Of a stretch of 64,000 nucleotides of DNA, positions 48,036 to 60,928 are shown one piece after another. Both the position numbers and the translations under genes were made by a program. The notes under the pieces were generated by a model that saw nothing but the letters and a program-made list of their open reading frames with translations, ran no database searches and was not told where the DNA came from. The first letter of the stretch is position 1, and every line of letters begins with the position of its first letter. Origin of the DNA: a bacterium (lineage in GTDB: Bacteria > SM23-31); the NCBI GenBank assembly GCA_965249485.1, contig OZ252239.1:480001-544000 (forward strand), in the 5' to 3' direction.

Positions 48036-49787
48036 TTATTCCAGTTCGAGTTCCTGCGTGAGGAGTTGCTTTTTATATAGTCCGGCATAGAGTCCGCCAA
48101 GATTTACAAGTTCATCGTGTGAACCCTGCTCAACAATTCCTCCTTCATCAAGCACATAAATAATATCTGAGTCCTTAATAGTCGAAACTCTGTGGGAAAT
48201 GATGATGCTCGTTCGTGAGCGTACAACATCCTGCAGACGTGATAGTATTTCTTCTTCTGTTTTTGTATCTACACTCGAAAGTGCATCGTCCAAAATTAGA
48301 ATCTTCGGTTCACGTATAACCGCCCTCGATATTGCAGTGCGCTGTTTCTGACCTCCGGAAAGATTAATACCCCGTTCACCGAGCATTGTATTGTACTGCC
48401 TCGGAAACGCCTCGATATTCTCTTTGAGCTGCGAAATGGTTACTGCTTCATAGAGCTGAGGATCTGAGAACGATTCTATACCGTAGACAATATTTTCCTT
48501 GATTGTATCCGAAAAAAGAAACGTCTCCTGCGGAACAACACCGATGTTTTTTCGTAAATCATCGAGCGGTATTGTCAGAACATCGACACCATCAATAAAG
48601 ACTGTTCCCGCTGGAGGTTGATAAATGCGGGGTATGAGATTGATAAGGGTACTTTTACCTGATCCAGTCGGCCCGATTATAGCTGCCATTCCGCCACCAG
48701 GAATAGTTAGATTTATATTATTCAGAACATGGCTGTTTCCATTTTTGTATGAGAATGATAAACTTTTGATAACGATATCCCCTGAAAATGAACCTGCAAA
48801 TGGAACCGATTGTGCATCATTTATGTCTGGTTTGACATCCATGATTACGTTCATTCTGCTCATCGAGGCTGCACCGCGCTGAAAAAGATTCACAACCCAA
48901 CCAACCGAAATTATAGGCCAGAGGAGCATAATCAGATAGGTATTGAATGCAACAAATTCACCAAGTGTAAGTGTTTGCTGTATGACACTTCTGCCCCCGT
49001 ACCAGAGAATAAGAGCAAATCCGATACCACTCACGAAGTGAATTGTCGGGTAGAAAAAGCTCCAGACCTGAATCAATTTCTTATTGAGAGAGACATATTT
49101 CGCGTTCATGGAATCAAAAGTCTGAATTTCGTTCTGTTCTCTGACGTACGCTTTGATAATCCGAATACCCGACAGATTTTCTTGCACTCGGGCACTGATC
49201 GCTGAAAACTGTGCCTGAATTTTTTCAAACCAGAAGTGTACCCGGACACCAAACCGGTTAATGAGAAATGCCAGCAGTGGAAACGGAAGCACTGCAACAA
49301 GCGTAAGCTGTGGATTAATGCTTATCATATAGTATAGAGTAACACCGAAAAGAATAACTGTGTTGAGAGAGTACATGATACCCGGCCCGAGTACCATACG
49401 GACGGCATTCAGATCGTTTGTCGCCCTGGACATAAGGTCACCGGTCCGGTTTATATCGTAAAACGACTGTTCCAGGGTTTGAAGGTGCTTAAAAAAGTCA
49501 TTTCTAATATCATATTCGATTTTGCGGGAAATACCGATTATGGTGTTTCTCATCAGAAATCTGAATAATCCCTGTGTTGCCGCATAGATTAAGAGGAGTA
49601 TGACATGAGCAAAGAGCACCGATCTGTCGAGGTTATCACCCAGAGCATCAACGGCGTCTCCCATAACTCTCGGCACTTTTGTGGTGAAATAAACCGTAAA
49701 AATGATAAACAAAATTCCAATAATGAGTCCAATTTTGTATTTCTTTACGTATGGGATAAGCTGTAAGAGGCTTGCTGTTTGTCTCAT
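48036..49787 (-). CDS. ABC exporter, fused permease/ATPase (MsbA/YheI-like)
   Basis: Six TMs, TGDLMSR, GPTGSGKST, VPQE, LSGGQKQR, LILDD, ISHR. Confidence 0.93.
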   Translation of the reverse strand: MRQTASLLQLIPYVKKYKIGLIIGILFIIFTVYFTTKVPRVMGDAVDALGDNLDRSVLFAHVILLLIYAATQGLFRFLMRNTIIGISRKIEYDIRNDFFKHLQTLEQSFYDINRTGDLMSRATNDLNAVRMVLGPGIMYSLNTVILFGVTLYYMISINPQLTLVAVLPFPLLAFLINRFGVRVHFWFEKIQAQFSAISARVQENLSGIRIIKAYVREQNEIQTFDSMNAKYVSLNKKLIQVWSFFYPTIHFVSGIGFALILWYGGRSVIQQTLTLGEFVAFNTYLIMLLWPIISVGWVVNLFQRGAASMSRMNVIMDVKPDINDAQSVPFAGSFSGDIVIKSLSFSYKNGNSHVLNNINLTIPGGGMAAIIGPTGSGKSTLINLIPRIYQPPAGTVFIDGVDVLTIPLDDLRKNIGVVPQETFLFSDTIKENIVYGIESFSDPQLYEAVTISQLKENIEAFPRQYNTMLGERGINLSGGQKQRTAISRAVIREPKILILDDALSSVDTKTEEEILSRLQDVVRSRTSIIISHRVSTIKDSDIIYVLDEGGIVEQGSHDELVNLGGLYAGLYKKQLLTQELELE

Positions 49788-49857
49788 TATAGTATCTTCC
49801 GTTTAAATAACGGATTGTTTGAGTGTTGCTTTCAATTTTATATGTTGTACAGACAAT

Positions 49858-50511
49858 TTACCGCGAACGGTCGACACCGATCCGCTTACAATAGTCGTAT
49901 ATCGGACACTCACTGCAATAAGGAGAAACCGGTTTACACAAGTTTTGACCATAGGGAACGAGAAGATCGTTTAACCGTATCCAATACTCCTTCGGGAGTT
50001 TTTTCCTGAGTGCTATTTCCGTTTCGTCTGGTGATTTAGTCGAGACATATCCCCACCTGTTCGAAATTCTGTGGACATGTATATCAACACAGATGCCCGG
50101 CTTGTTGTAGCCGAGTGTCACCACAAGATTTGCTGTTTTCCTTCCAACACCTTTAAATTTCATCAGTTCATCGACATCGTCCGGCACTACTCCGTTATAT
50201 TCATCAAGAAGGACTTGAGAAACTTCGACAATTGTTTTTGCTTTGTTCCGATAAAATCCGACCGGATATACCAGCTTAGCAATTTCATCAACAGTGAGTC
50301 GGATCATGTCTTCGGGTGTATCAGCCCTGTTGAACAGTTTATCAGATGCTATGCGGGTTGTTTCATCCTTCGTGCGAAGACTGAGTATTGTAGCAACCAG
50401 AATTCTGTACGGGTCTTTCTTTCGGGCAACGACACCGACAACCGGCTCTTTCCAACGGGTTATTGTCTCTTCAAGTATCGGTATTACTTCGTGAATGTGT
50501 TTAGTATTCAT
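49858..50511 (-). CDS. nth: Endonuclease III
   Basis: HhH motif KGVGRKTAN, VDIHVHR, 4Fe-4S motif CKPVSPYCSECPIYDYC. Confidence 0.94.
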   Translation of the reverse strand: MNTKHIHEVIPILEETITRWKEPVVGVVARKKDPYRILVATILSLRTKDETTRIASDKLFNRADTPEDMIRLTVDEIAKLVYPVGFYRNKAKTIVEVSQVLLDEYNGVVPDDVDELMKFKGVGRKTANLVVTLGYNKPGICVDIHVHRISNRWGYVSTKSPDETEIALRKKLPKEYWIRLNDLLVPYGQNLCKPVSPYCSECPIYDYCKRIGVDRSR

Positions 50512-50552
50512 ACTTAGAGATGGAAGGAGATTAATGTTGGTTGAGAGCTAAA

Positions 50553-51272
50553 TTAACTAATAAGATTTGCGATGCGGGTCCAGCGGACTTTTGAGATAAT
50601 ATTGTACAGAGGAACAGAAGGATCCCATGACCAGTAAATAATGAGCGCCTCACCGACAAGGTTTTCTTTGGGAAGAAACCCCCAGTACCTGCTATCAAGA
50701 CTGTTATCCCTGTTGTCACCCATGACAAAATAGTGCCCATTTGGGACAGTAATCGGGCCGTAATTATCTTTATTAAAATTCGACCGTGGTGGAAATATCC
50801 CGTTTTCATACACGCCCTTGCTTTCGATTGGCATTGAGTCAAAACGGGAATGAGGGGGGTTATCAAACCGCTGTCCGTCGATATACAACTGTTTGTCTTT
50901 AATCTCGATTGTCTGCCCCTCTATCGCGATAAGCCGTTTTATATAGTCGAGTTCCGGATCACGGGGATATTTAAAGACGATTATATTGCCGGGCTGAGGA
51001 TCTTTGTAACCGGGAAGCCGCATATCGGTGAACGGCACCTTGGCCCCATACACAAATTTATTCACCAGCAGAAAATCCCCAACAAGGAGCGTGTCTTCCA
51101 TCGATCCGGTTGGAATTTTGAACGCCTGAATAACAAACGAACGGATTATAAACACGGAAACAGCGATTATGACGACTGTTTCAACTATCTCTCTGAAGAG
51201 GTTCTTCTTCGGTGCAGGATTTTTTCGCGATGCTCTTTTTTGGGGATTATTCACACGAGCCTTTTCATTCAT
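50553..51272 (-). CDS. lepB: Signal peptidase I
   Basis: IPTGSMEDTL, DYIKR, MGDNRDNSLDSRYWG; downstream of lepA. Confidence 0.96.
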   Translation of the reverse strand: MNEKARVNNPQKRASRKNPAPKKNLFREIVETVVIIAVSVFIIRSFVIQAFKIPTGSMEDTLLVGDFLLVNKFVYGAKVPFTDMRLPGYKDPQPGNIIVFKYPRDPELDYIKRLIAIEGQTIEIKDKQLYIDGQRFDNPPHSRFDSMPIESKGVYENGIFPPRSNFNKDNYGPITVPNGHYFVMGDNRDNSLDSRYWGFLPKENLVGEALIIYWSWDPSVPLYNIISKVRWTRIANLIS

Positions 51273-51479
51273 TTATAGTACAATCCGATAACAATATGCG
51301 GGTTCTCATTAAAAAAAAATGAACCACGTGAATCTTACGATTCAGTATAGTATTAAGTTCCCTATTGAATGGTAATTTACCGTTAGGGATTCTGTACTAC
51401 GCTCTGTTTAAAAATTAGTACATCAGTCGATCGGTTGAAATGACAACAGAATTATATGCATTGTTTTTCTTAATGTTTA

Positions 51480-53273
51480 TTACATCTTTAATACAGCAAG
51501 AAATGCTTCCTGTGGAATTTCGACCTTCCCGACTTGTTTCATTCTCTTCTTACCCTCTTTCTGCTTTTCAAGCAGTTTTCGCTTTCTGGTTATATCGCCG
51601 CCATAACATTTCGCGGTTACGTTTTTCTTGAGTGGCGATATCCGTTCACGTGCAATTATTTTATTGCCGATTCCTGCCTGTATGATGACTTCGAAGAGTT
51701 GTCTCGGGATAAGTTCTTTCAATTTTGCCGATATTTTCTTGCCCCACATATACGATTTATCTTTATGGATAATAGCGGAAAGTGCATCAACGGGAATACC
51801 ATTGATGAGTATATCGAGCTTAGTCAGATTTGATTCAAAATAATCGTCAAAATCGTAGTCAAAGGACGCATATCCCCGTGTAACCGATTTCAGTTTATCG
51901 TAAAAATCGAACACGATTTCTCCCAACGGAAACTTGTAATTGAGAATCGAACGTTTTGCATCAACATATTCAGTATCGCCTATGATTGCCCTCCGCTCCC
52001 GCGCAAGTTTCATGATGTTTCCCACGTAATCATTCGGTGTGACGATCTGGGCTTTGATGTAGGGTTCCTCGATCCGTTCAATCGAACCACGCTCGGGCAT
52101 TTTGACTGGATTTTCTATAAATGTTACAGTGCCGTCGGTCAGGACGACCCTATATTTTACATTTGGTATTGTTGTGACGAGGTCAATTGTGTATTCACGC
52201 TCAAGTCTTTCCTGAACGATTTCCATATGGAGCAGTCCAAGAAATCCACAGCGGAAACCAAATCCGAGTGCTTGCGATGTTTCAGGTTCATAAAGCAATG
52301 CCGCATCATTCAATTGCAGTTTTTCTAGTGATTCCCGGAGATCTTCAAAATTATCGGAATCTGAAGGATAAAGACCAGCAAATACCATCGGCTTCGGCTC
52401 ACGATAGCCCGGAAGCGGCTCTAAATCCGAATGGCCTGTTTGGGTAATGGTGTCGCCTACCTTTGTATCTTTCACATTTTTTGCGCCTGAGATCAGATAG
52501 CCCACCTCTCCGGCTGAAAGTTTATCCCGTTTTTGACGCTTTATTCGTAGAACACCAATTTCTTCGGCATCAAACGATTTTCCCGATGCGGAAAAGGTTA
52601 TGGTATCTCCCTGTCTGATTTCTCCTTCAAATACTCGGATATAGGCAATAGCCCCCCGATACGAATCGAACATAGAATCGAAAATCAGCGCTCGTGCCGG
52701 TTTTCCGATATCAGAAGACGGCGGTGGAACACGCTCTACAATTGCCTGTAAAATTTCATCTATTCCAGTCCCGACTTTTGCAGATGCCAGAAGTATTTCT
52801 TCTTCTTTTACACCAAGAATATCCTGAATCTGTTTGACAGATTCATCGATTCTTGCACTGGGAAGATCAATTTTATTGATGACTGGTATAATCGTGAGGT
52901 CATGTTCAAGAGCAAGGTACATATTGCTGATTGTCTGTGCCTCAACACCTTGCGAAGCATCAATAACAAGCAGTGCTCCTTCACAGGCAGCGAGACTCCG
53001 GGAAACTTCATAGGAAAAATCGACATGTCCCGGAGTGTCGATAAGATTCAGTGAATAGGCGTGTTTCTTGTCTGGATTATAGGTCATCTGGATAGCATGT
53101 GCTTTGATCGTTATACCTCGCTCACGCTCCAAGTCCATATCATCGAGTACCTGTGCCTTCATCTCTTTATCTGATATTGTCCCGGTATGTTCGAGAAAGC
53201 GGTCGGCAAGAGTCGATTTGCCGTGATCTATGTGAGCGATGATACAAAAATTACGAATATTATTATCGTGCAT
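51480..53273 (-). CDS. lepA: Elongation factor 4
   Basis: [45 protein letters not shown]. Confidence 0.98.
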   Translation of the reverse strand: MHDNNIRNFCIIAHIDHGKSTLADRFLEHTGTISDKEMKAQVLDDMDLERERGITIKAHAIQMTYNPDKKHAYSLNLIDTPGHVDFSYEVSRSLAACEGALLVIDASQGVEAQTISNMYLALEHDLTIIPVINKIDLPSARIDESVKQIQDILGVKEEEILLASAKVGTGIDEILQAIVERVPPPSSDIGKPARALIFDSMFDSYRGAIAYIRVFEGEIRQGDTITFSASGKSFDAEEIGVLRIKRQKRDKLSAGEVGYLISGAKNVKDTKVGDTITQTGHSDLEPLPGYREPKPMVFAGLYPSDSDNFEDLRESLEKLQLNDAALLYEPETSQALGFGFRCGFLGLLHMEIVQERLEREYTIDLVTTIPNVKYRVVLTDGTVTFIENPVKMPERGSIERIEEPYIKAQIVTPNDYVGNIMKLARERRAIIGDTEYVDAKRSILNYKFPLGEIVFDFYDKLKSVTRGYASFDYDFDDYFESNLTKLDILINGIPVDALSAIIHKDKSYMWGKKISAKLKELIPRQLFEVIIQAGIGNKIIARERISPLKKNVTAKCYGGDITRKRKLLEKQKEGKKRMKQVGKVEIPQEAFLAVLKM

Positions 53274-53408
53274 AATATTTTACTGCTGCATTTCTCTTAA
53301 TTCATGCTTTCATGGCCCGTTTTGTATTATATTCGCGGGTATTATGTAAAATTACTCATTTTCGGGCAGGAAAACAAACTGTAAACGAATTCCGAACAAA
53401 AATGAGCT

Positions 53409-53447
53409 GCTAAAGAAAAAACTCCCTGAGGGAGTTTTCTGTTTAGC
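53409..53447 (-). terminator. Intrinsic terminator closing the atp-bactofilin run
   Basis: Minus strand AAAACTCCC-TCA-GGGAGTTTTTT hairpin with U-tract, about 30 nt after the bactofilin stop. Confidence 0.75.
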
Positions 53448-53474
53448 AAACAATCTATGTACGCGGCACAAAAA

Positions 53475-53882
53475 TCAGGACTGAGTCAGCATCTCTTCCG
53501 GGGACAAATCAATTAGATCGACCTGCTTTGTTTTATGATTCACTTTGAGTTCTTTTCTGCGAATCATCGTGCATTTACCGTTGAACGATGATCCTTCGGA
53601 AAAATGCACTTTTGCAGCAAAGAGGTCACCGTTCAGGGTTGCGCCTTCTTCAAGTGCTGCAGAATCGGTTGCCGTGAGGTTTCCATTAACAACACCTCTG
53701 ACCTCCACATTTTTAGCGACAATATTTCCGGTAACGCTCCCTACTTCCCCAACAGTCAGACTACCGACAGCTGTGATATTCCCTTTCAGCTCCCCCTGAA
53801 TGTCGATTGAACTCAAGACAGTCAAGTTGCCTTCAACATATACGCCTTTACCAATATGGGTAATAATTTCCATTTCAGCCAT
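53475..53882 (-). CDS. Bactofilin (polymer-forming cytoskeletal protein)
   Basis: IGKGVYVEGNL...IQGELKGNI...VG..G.V.GNI.A..V.V.G.V.GN...GDL......EG..F.G.C.M. Confidence 0.9.
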   Translation of the reverse strand: MAEMEIITHIGKGVYVEGNLTVLSSIDIQGELKGNITAVGSLTVGEVGSVTGNIVAKNVEVRGVVNGNLTATDSAALEEGATLNGDLFAAKVHFSEGSSFNGKCTMIRRKELKVNHKTKQVDLIDLSPEEMLTQS

Positions 53883-53910
53883 ATTATTTCTCAATTACTC
53901 ACTTTATTTA

Positions 53911-54318
53911 TTAACGTTGGCTGCCAAGTTGAATTCTATTCATAGCTCTGATTAACGCATAACGGGCGCGGTCGGTATCAACCCCTTCTTCTGATGCTTC
54001 GAGCAATTTTTGTGCTCGAAGCTTCGAAGCTTCTGCACGCTCCAGGTCTATTTCTTCTACTTTTTCTGCTGCTTCTGCCAGAATCGAAACCTGGTTTTCA
54101 TGTACCTCTGCAAATCCGCCGCTTGTCGAATAATATTGTTTCTTTCCTTTTTCTTTTATTCTAATTTCGCCAATCTGGATAGATGTGAGAAACGGTGTGT
54201 GATTGTGCAAAACCTGAAAATACCCTTCAGTGCCGGGTGCAGTAACGGATTCTACCTTACCCGAGTAAACAAGTTTCATCGGTGTTACGATATCGAGTTG
54301 AAAAGATTTGTCAGCCAT
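53911..54318 (-). CDS. atpC: ATP synthase epsilon
   Basis: IVTP, PGTEG.F.VL.NH, SGGFAEV, ID.ERA. Confidence 0.96.
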   Translation of the reverse strand: MADKSFQLDIVTPMKLVYSGKVESVTAPGTEGYFQVLHNHTPFLTSIQIGEIRIKEKGKKQYYSTSGGFAEVHENQVSILAEAAEKVEEIDLERAEASKLRAQKLLEASEEGVDTDRARYALIRAMNRIQLGSQR

Positions 54319-54322
54319 ATTT

Positions 54323-55735
<1,413 letters not shown>

Positions 55736-55798
55736 TTACTCAATCTACGTTATTTTATCTCTTCTTTCCGAAAAATATCCGGAATATTTTTTCCGTTA

Positions 55799-56665
55799 TT
55801 ATTGCAAGGCTTCTGTGCCTCCGACAATTTCCAATAGTTCTTTTGTAATAGCTGCCTGACGCACTCTGTTATAATGGAGTGTTAAAGAGCTAATCATATC
55901 CTGTGCATTCACTGTAGCGTTTTCCATTGCTGTCATCCGGGCACCGTGTTCCGCGGCTGATGATTCAAGCAGGACACGCCATACCTGCATACCTATATTG
56001 AGCGGTACGATTGTATCGAGAATGCGAAGCGGCTCCGGTTCATAGATATAGTCTAACTGCTTCTTAGTGTCTTCACCTTCTTTCACTGACTCAGATATCA
56101 TAGGAAGAAGTTGTTCCGTTATAATATTTTGCTGAATAGCCGACTTAAATTCGTTATGAATGAGTATGACTTTATCGAGCTGCTCTTGAATATAGAGGTC
56201 TACAATCGCATCGGTGATTTGCTGCGCATGCGCATACTCAAGGTCGTTGAAAATCGAAGCGTGGTGGCTAATGATACGATGTTCTCTCCGCTTAAAGTAA
56301 TCGTAGCTTTTCCGTCCAACACAAATCAGTCCGGGCTGATCGAATCCATCTTCCTTGATCCGTTTTTCAGCTGTACTGATTATATTGTTGTTAAAGCCGC
56401 CACATAATCCTCTATCTGCCGTAATAACTACATAGGCAACTTTCTCTGGAGGACGGACCGCAAGCAGCGGATGGAGATTCGGATCGACTATTGATGACAC
56501 CCGTGCCAGGACTTCACGAAGTTTAAATGCGTAGGGACGTGCCCGGATGATATTCTCCTGAGCACGGCGCAGTTTCGCCGCAGATACCATTTTCATGGCT
56601 CTCGTAATTTTTTGCGTACTTTTAACAGATGCTATCCGTTTTCGTATTTGACGTAATGTTGCCAC
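55799..56665 (-). CDS. atpG: ATP synthase gamma
   Basis: KITRAMKMVSAAK, DRGLCG, EHGARMTAM..AT.NA, RQAAIT.E. Confidence 0.98.
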   Translation of the reverse strand: MATLRQIRKRIASVKSTQKITRAMKMVSAAKLRRAQENIIRARPYAFKLREVLARVSSIVDPNLHPLLAVRPPEKVAYVVITADRGLCGGFNNNIISTAEKRIKEDGFDQPGLICVGRKSYDYFKRREHRIISHHASIFNDLEYAHAQQITDAIVDLYIQEQLDKVILIHNEFKSAIQQNIITEQLLPMISESVKEGEDTKKQLDYIYEPEPLRILDTIVPLNIGMQVWRVLLESSAAEHGARMTAMENATVNAQDMISSLTLHYNRVRQAAITKELLEIVGGTEALQ

Positions 56666-56668
56666 TAT

Positions 56669-58186
56669 TTATGCACCTGCTCCGATGTAAGAACCAACAA
56701 ATTCTTTTATTGCTTTTTCCAGATTTGCTTTATTATCGTCGGTAATTTCCTTTTTCTCAGCTATGTCGGTCAAGATTTCCGGATATTGGTCAGACAGAAA
56801 TTGAAGATAGTCTTTTTCCATAGATTTTAACTGTCCGGTTGGAATCTCGTCAAGATGACCATTGACTCCCATGTAAAGAAATACGATCTGCTTTTCAAAG
56901 GAAAGCGGTACATACTGGTCCTGCTTCAGTATCTCGACCATTTTCTCTCCCCGGGTCAACTGAGCCTGGGTCGCTTTATCGAGGTCGGAGCCAAATTGAG
57001 CGAACGCTTCGAGTTCTCTAAATTGTGCAAGATCCATGCGGAGTCCGCCAGCAACCTGTTTCATGGCTTTAATCTGAGCATTCCCACCGACACGCGAAAC
57101 AGAGAGTCCGACATTGACTGCAGGTTTCTGGCCGCTGAAAAAGAGATCGGGTTCAAGATATATTTGTCCGTCGGTAATTGAAATGACATTGGTTGGAATA
57201 TATGCCGAAACATCACCTGCCTGTGTTTCGATGATCGGCAGGGCAGTCAATGATCCAGCGCCAAGCTCATCATTTAGTTTAGCAGCACGTTCAAGAAGCC
57301 GTGAGTGGAGATAAAAAATATCTCCCGGATAGGCTTCACGTCCGGGCGGACGTCTGAGGAGCAGTGATACCTGTCGGTATGCCCACGCATGCTTTGAGAG
57401 ATCGTCGTAAACAATCAAAGCATGTTTCCCTTTGTCGCGGAAATATTCACCCATAGCACATCCGGCGTACGGTGCAATATACTGGAGTGGTGCAGGGTTG
57501 CTTGCCGTTGCTGCCACAATAATCGTATATTCTAGCGCCCCGAAATCTTCGAGCGTTTTAACGACTTGCGCTACGGTCGACTGTTTCTGGCCGATAGCAA
57601 TGTAAATGCACATGACATCGTTGCCTTTTTGATTGATGATCGCATCGATCGCGATTGCTGTTTTACCTGTCTGCCGATCACCAATTATGAGCTCGCGCTG
57701 GCCGCGTCCAATTGGAATCATTGAGTCGATTGCTTTAATTCCAGTTGAAAGCGGCTCCTTTACAGGCTGTCGTTCGATAACACCATTTGCTTTCCGCTCA
57801 ACATGGCTGAACGTTTTTGTGTTGATCGGTCCTTTGCCATCAATCGGTCTCCCGAGCGCATCGGTAACCCGTCCCAACAGTTCTTCTCCGACAGGAACTT
57901 CAGCAATTCTTCCCGTCCTTTTGACCGTATCGCCTTCTTTGATGAGCTCGTCCGATCCGAAAAGTATACATCCGACATTGTCTTCTTCGAGGTTCAATGC
58001 CATACCGACCACACCATTCGGAAAGTCAATTAGTTCCATCGACATGACATTTTCAAGACCATAAATCCGGGCTATACCGTCACCGACCTGAATAACCTCT
58101 CCGACTTCTGCAATGTCCAAAGCGTCTTCATAGCTCTTAATTTGCTTTTCAATTACACCGGCTATTTCATCGGCATTCATTCGCAT
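56669..58186 (-). CDS. atpA: ATP synthase alpha
   Basis: [46 protein letters not shown]. Confidence 0.99.
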   Translation of the reverse strand: MRMNADEIAGVIEKQIKSYEDALDIAEVGEVIQVGDGIARIYGLENVMSMELIDFPNGVVGMALNLEEDNVGCILFGSDELIKEGDTVKRTGRIAEVPVGEELLGRVTDALGRPIDGKGPINTKTFSHVERKANGVIERQPVKEPLSTGIKAIDSMIPIGRGQRELIIGDRQTGKTAIAIDAIINQKGNDVMCIYIAIGQKQSTVAQVVKTLEDFGALEYTIIVAATASNPAPLQYIAPYAGCAMGEYFRDKGKHALIVYDDLSKHAWAYRQVSLLLRRPPGREAYPGDIFYLHSRLLERAAKLNDELGAGSLTALPIIETQAGDVSAYIPTNVISITDGQIYLEPDLFFSGQKPAVNVGLSVSRVGGNAQIKAMKQVAGGLRMDLAQFRELEAFAQFGSDLDKATQAQLTRGEKMVEILKQDQYVPLSFEKQIVFLYMGVNGHLDEIPTGQLKSMEKDYLQFLSDQYPEILTDIAEKKEITDDNKANLEKAIKEFVGSYIGAGA

Positions 58187-58309
58187 GAAAACATCTCCTT
58201 TTCACAATCATCACATTTCAATATGAATTATTCTCATTGAACAGGTAAAATGCTTGATACTACAAATATTAGCAAACAATATTAGTGAGGAATTATAGTA
58301 TAAATAGAA

Positions 58310-58846
58310 TCAAAGCATCAAGGACCGTCTCATATTATTGAGGCTTTGTGCAATCGATGCGTCGTAAATTGTATTACCTACCCGTACTTGAAATCCCCCT
58401 ATAATCGATGGATCGACTTCTTCCTGAATAGTGACTGATTTGTCGAGTACTTCTTCATAGACATTTTTTATCTGGTCCAAAACGTCATCATCAAGCTTAA
58501 CTGCCGGGCGTACGGTTATATTTGTTTTTTTATGGAAATTATCACAGAGTGTATCAAAATGTTTTTTGATCTTCCGAATCAAGGTCTGCCGTTTTTTGTC
58601 TAACAGCAGAAATATAAAATTAAGCATTGCGGGTGTCATTCTATCTTCAAAGACCGACTTGAGAATCTGTTTCTTTTCCCGCACATCTATTTTAGGCGAA
58701 ATGATGAAGTATCGGAAATTTTCCTGCATTGTCAACAATTCATCTAAAAGATTGAATTCTTCCTGAACGGAATCAAGTATTTCCTGCTTTCCTGCTAAGT
58801 TGAACAGTGCAAGGGAATACCGGCGTGCCAGTGATTCTGATATCAT
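58310..58846 (-). CDS. atpH: ATP synthase delta
   Basis: LARRYS.ALF, NFIFLL..K.R, VDPSIIGG, YDAS. Confidence 0.93.
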   Translation of the reverse strand: MISESLARRYSLALFNLAGKQEILDSVQEEFNLLDELLTMQENFRYFIISPKIDVREKKQILKSVFEDRMTPAMLNFIFLLLDKKRQTLIRKIKKHFDTLCDNFHKKTNITVRPAVKLDDDVLDQIKNVYEEVLDKSVTIQEEVDPSIIGGFQVRVGNTIYDASIAQSLNNMRRSLML

Positions 58847-59331
58847 AACTGCGAATCCATTTCCCTTATTGCATTCCGTGCATGTTCAAGGTGCTGTTCC
58901 GGTGTAAGCGAGGATCCGATTATCTTTGCGGCAACAGCAACAGACAGATCGGCAGCACGGTCTTTCAGATCGACGATCGTTTTTTCGCGTTCGCGCTCAA
59001 GTTCAACTTTAGTACTCTGGATTAGATTTCGGGCTTCTTCTTTCGCCAGTTCTCGCGCTTCCTCATGAATCTTTTCCGCCCGCTCGTTACCTTTTCGAAT
59101 TATTTCCGCTGCTTCCTTTTTCGCATTATCAAGAATATTCTTGTGTTCCTCAATCATCTTTTCTGCATCATCTCTTGCTTTTTCTGCGTCTTCTATCGAC
59201 GATTTTATTTTGTTTTCCCGCTCATCGAGCACAGACAAAATCTTGGGCCAGGCAGTCTTCGAAAGCAGGAGCAGCAAGACTATAAATGTTATAATTGTCC
59301 AGATTGCGAGACCGGGCTCAAACTGTAACAT
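58843..59331 (-). CDS. atpF: ATP synthase subunit b
   Basis: PGLAIW TM, W..I...LDERE..I coiled coil. Confidence 0.94.
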   Translation of the reverse strand: MLQFEPGLAIWTIITFIVLLLLLSKTAWPKILSVLDERENKIKSSIEDAEKARDDAEKMIEEHKNILDNAKKEAAEIIRKGNERAEKIHEEARELAKEEARNLIQSTKVELEREREKTIVDLKDRAADLSVAVAAKIIGSSLTPEQHLEHARNAIREMDSQL

Positions 59332-59356
59332 AGGTGGTACCTCTTCAGGGTAATAA

Positions 59357-59596
59357 TTATGCTTTCAGTGAAAGTAATAAACAGATAACACCGCCTAACA
59401 ATGCAATACCTTCGATAAGCGCTGCTGAAATAATCATTGAAAGACGGATATCGTCGCTGGCTTCCGGTTGGCGCGCAATCCCATCACAAGCGGATGCTGC
59501 AATTTTACCGATGCCAATAGCGGCACCAATCGTGACTAATCCAGCTCCAATACCTGCTGAGAAAAAACCCAGTCCTAAATTCGTAATACTTTCCAT
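59357..59596 (-). CDS. atpE: ATP synthase subunit c (proton type)
   Basis: GAAIGIG, ARQPE, ALIEG; no Na+-binding Q/ES(T) signature. Confidence 0.96.
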   Translation of the reverse strand: MESITNLGLGFFSAGIGAGLVTIGAAIGIGKIAASACDGIARQPEASDDIRLSMIISAALIEGIALLGGVICLLLSLKA

Positions 59597-59669
59597 CTCA
59601 TCGACCTCCGAATAAAGTTAGTTTACAATATTCTAATTTTTTCAATTCCATTATTATCATACCCAACAA

Positions 59670-60542
59670 TTAATGTGAGGGATGATATGTCATACTGACA
59701 AATAGTGCTGTTAAAAATGTAAAAATATACGCCTGCAGAAAAGCAATAAATAATTCCATAGCGCTGATGGCGACCGCCAGAGGAACCGACAATAATCCTA
59801 CAAACTCATTCTGCAGTAAAATGATCAATCCCAAAAATGCAAGAATTACAATGTGGCCGGCAGTCATATTAGCAAACAGACGGATACACAGTGCAAACGG
59901 TTTGGCGAACATACCCATGAGTTCAACCGGAATTAGGATCGGAATGAGCGCTTTTGGAATTCCCGACGGAACGAGGTGTTGAAAATACGCAATAAAACCG
60001 TTTTTAGCTATACCAACACATTGAATTAGAATAAATGACATAGTTGCAAGCGCTGCGGTTACATTTATATTGCTGGAGGCAGTTGCCATAAAGGGAATCA
60101 TTCCCAAAAGGTTAATAAACAGAATAAAGAAAAAAATAGTCAGGAAAAATGGAATGAATGGTTTTCCCGATTTTCCAAAAGCCATATAGACTATTTCGTC
60201 TCTCACAAACAGAACAATCGGCTCAAAAAACCCGGTCAATCTGTTATGTGGAACGTGCTTATTCCACTTCATCCCGTACCTAAAGACAAGAAACACAAAG
60301 AATGCTGCAATCCACAGCATAACGACATGTTTCGAAATGGAGAAATCGATACCGAACAATGACGGCAGATGTGGAAGTTCGATTTTCCATGAAAGGATAT
60401 CGATTTCGTTGCTGTTCTGAACGTGGTGTATAAGAACTTCACCGATCGATTCTTCGTGGGCAGTTCCATGCTCAGCGACTTGCTGCGCTACGTCATGTGC
60501 CTGGCCCACTTTGTCGTTAATACTGCTGAAATTCATCATCAT
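59670..60542 (-). CDS. atpB: ATP synthase subunit a
   Basis: SISKHV, NLLGMIP, KPFALCIRLFANMTAGH, LQAYIF. Confidence 0.96.
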   Translation of the reverse strand: MMMNFSSINDKVGQAHDVAQQVAEHGTAHEESIGEVLIHHVQNSNEIDILSWKIELPHLPSLFGIDFSISKHVVMLWIAAFFVFLVFRYGMKWNKHVPHNRLTGFFEPIVLFVRDEIVYMAFGKSGKPFIPFFLTIFFFILFINLLGMIPFMATASSNINVTAALATMSFILIQCVGIAKNGFIAYFQHLVPSGIPKALIPILIPVELMGMFAKPFALCIRLFANMTAGHIVILAFLGLIILLQNEFVGLLSVPLAVAISAMELFIAFLQAYIFTFLTALFVSMTYHPSH

Positions 60543-60928
60543 TTATCACTCAAATTACCGAATCGGCTCTGAATATATATAATCTCAAGTATCTGTAATA
60601 ATATATAGCTTACAAATAGACCTGCGATGAAACTTTCAAGGTGTAATTGTGTAAAAAAATTGACTGCAAAGCTTGAAAACAGAATGATAAAGAACCTGAA
60701 GAAAAAGCCGCCCATTACGATGGCCTGCAGCTTTACGATGGAGGAATGGAACATAGTATAGAGCCCTAATATTGTGATCCACACGAGGGCAACACTCAAA
60801 GCAGAACCCCACATTGCCGCTATACTATATTGTGTGTCACCAAAAAAATAAAGCAAAGTCAATGTAACAACTGCAATCGGACAATAAATAATCAGAAAGA
60901 GTGTTAGAAACGACTCTGTTTTAATCAT
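60539..60928 (-). CDS. AtpI-like four-TM protein
   Basis: Four hydrophobic segments with central G...R; immediately precedes atpB with overlap. Confidence 0.7.
   Translation of the reverse strand: MIKTESFLTLFLIIYCPIAVVTLTLLYFFGDTQYSIAAMWGSALSVALVWITILGLYTMFHSSIVKLQAIVMGGFFFRFFIILFSSFAVNFFTQLHLESFIAGLFVSYILLQILEIIYIQSRFGNLSDK

Noticed and set aside
51320..51335. parS-like sequence TGAACCACGTGAATCT between lepA and lepB
   Set aside because: About 4 mismatches to the TGTTNCACGTGAAACA consensus and poor dyad symmetry; no convincing parS seen near parAB
55770..55793. AT-rich inverted repeat between atpG and atpD
   Set aside because: Weak all-AT stem inside a canonical operon; at most an mRNA stability or processing hairpin
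59357..59596. Possible Na+-coupled or N-type ATPase
   Set aside because: The c subunit lacks the Na+ ligand signature, and gene order is the standard F-type with delta present
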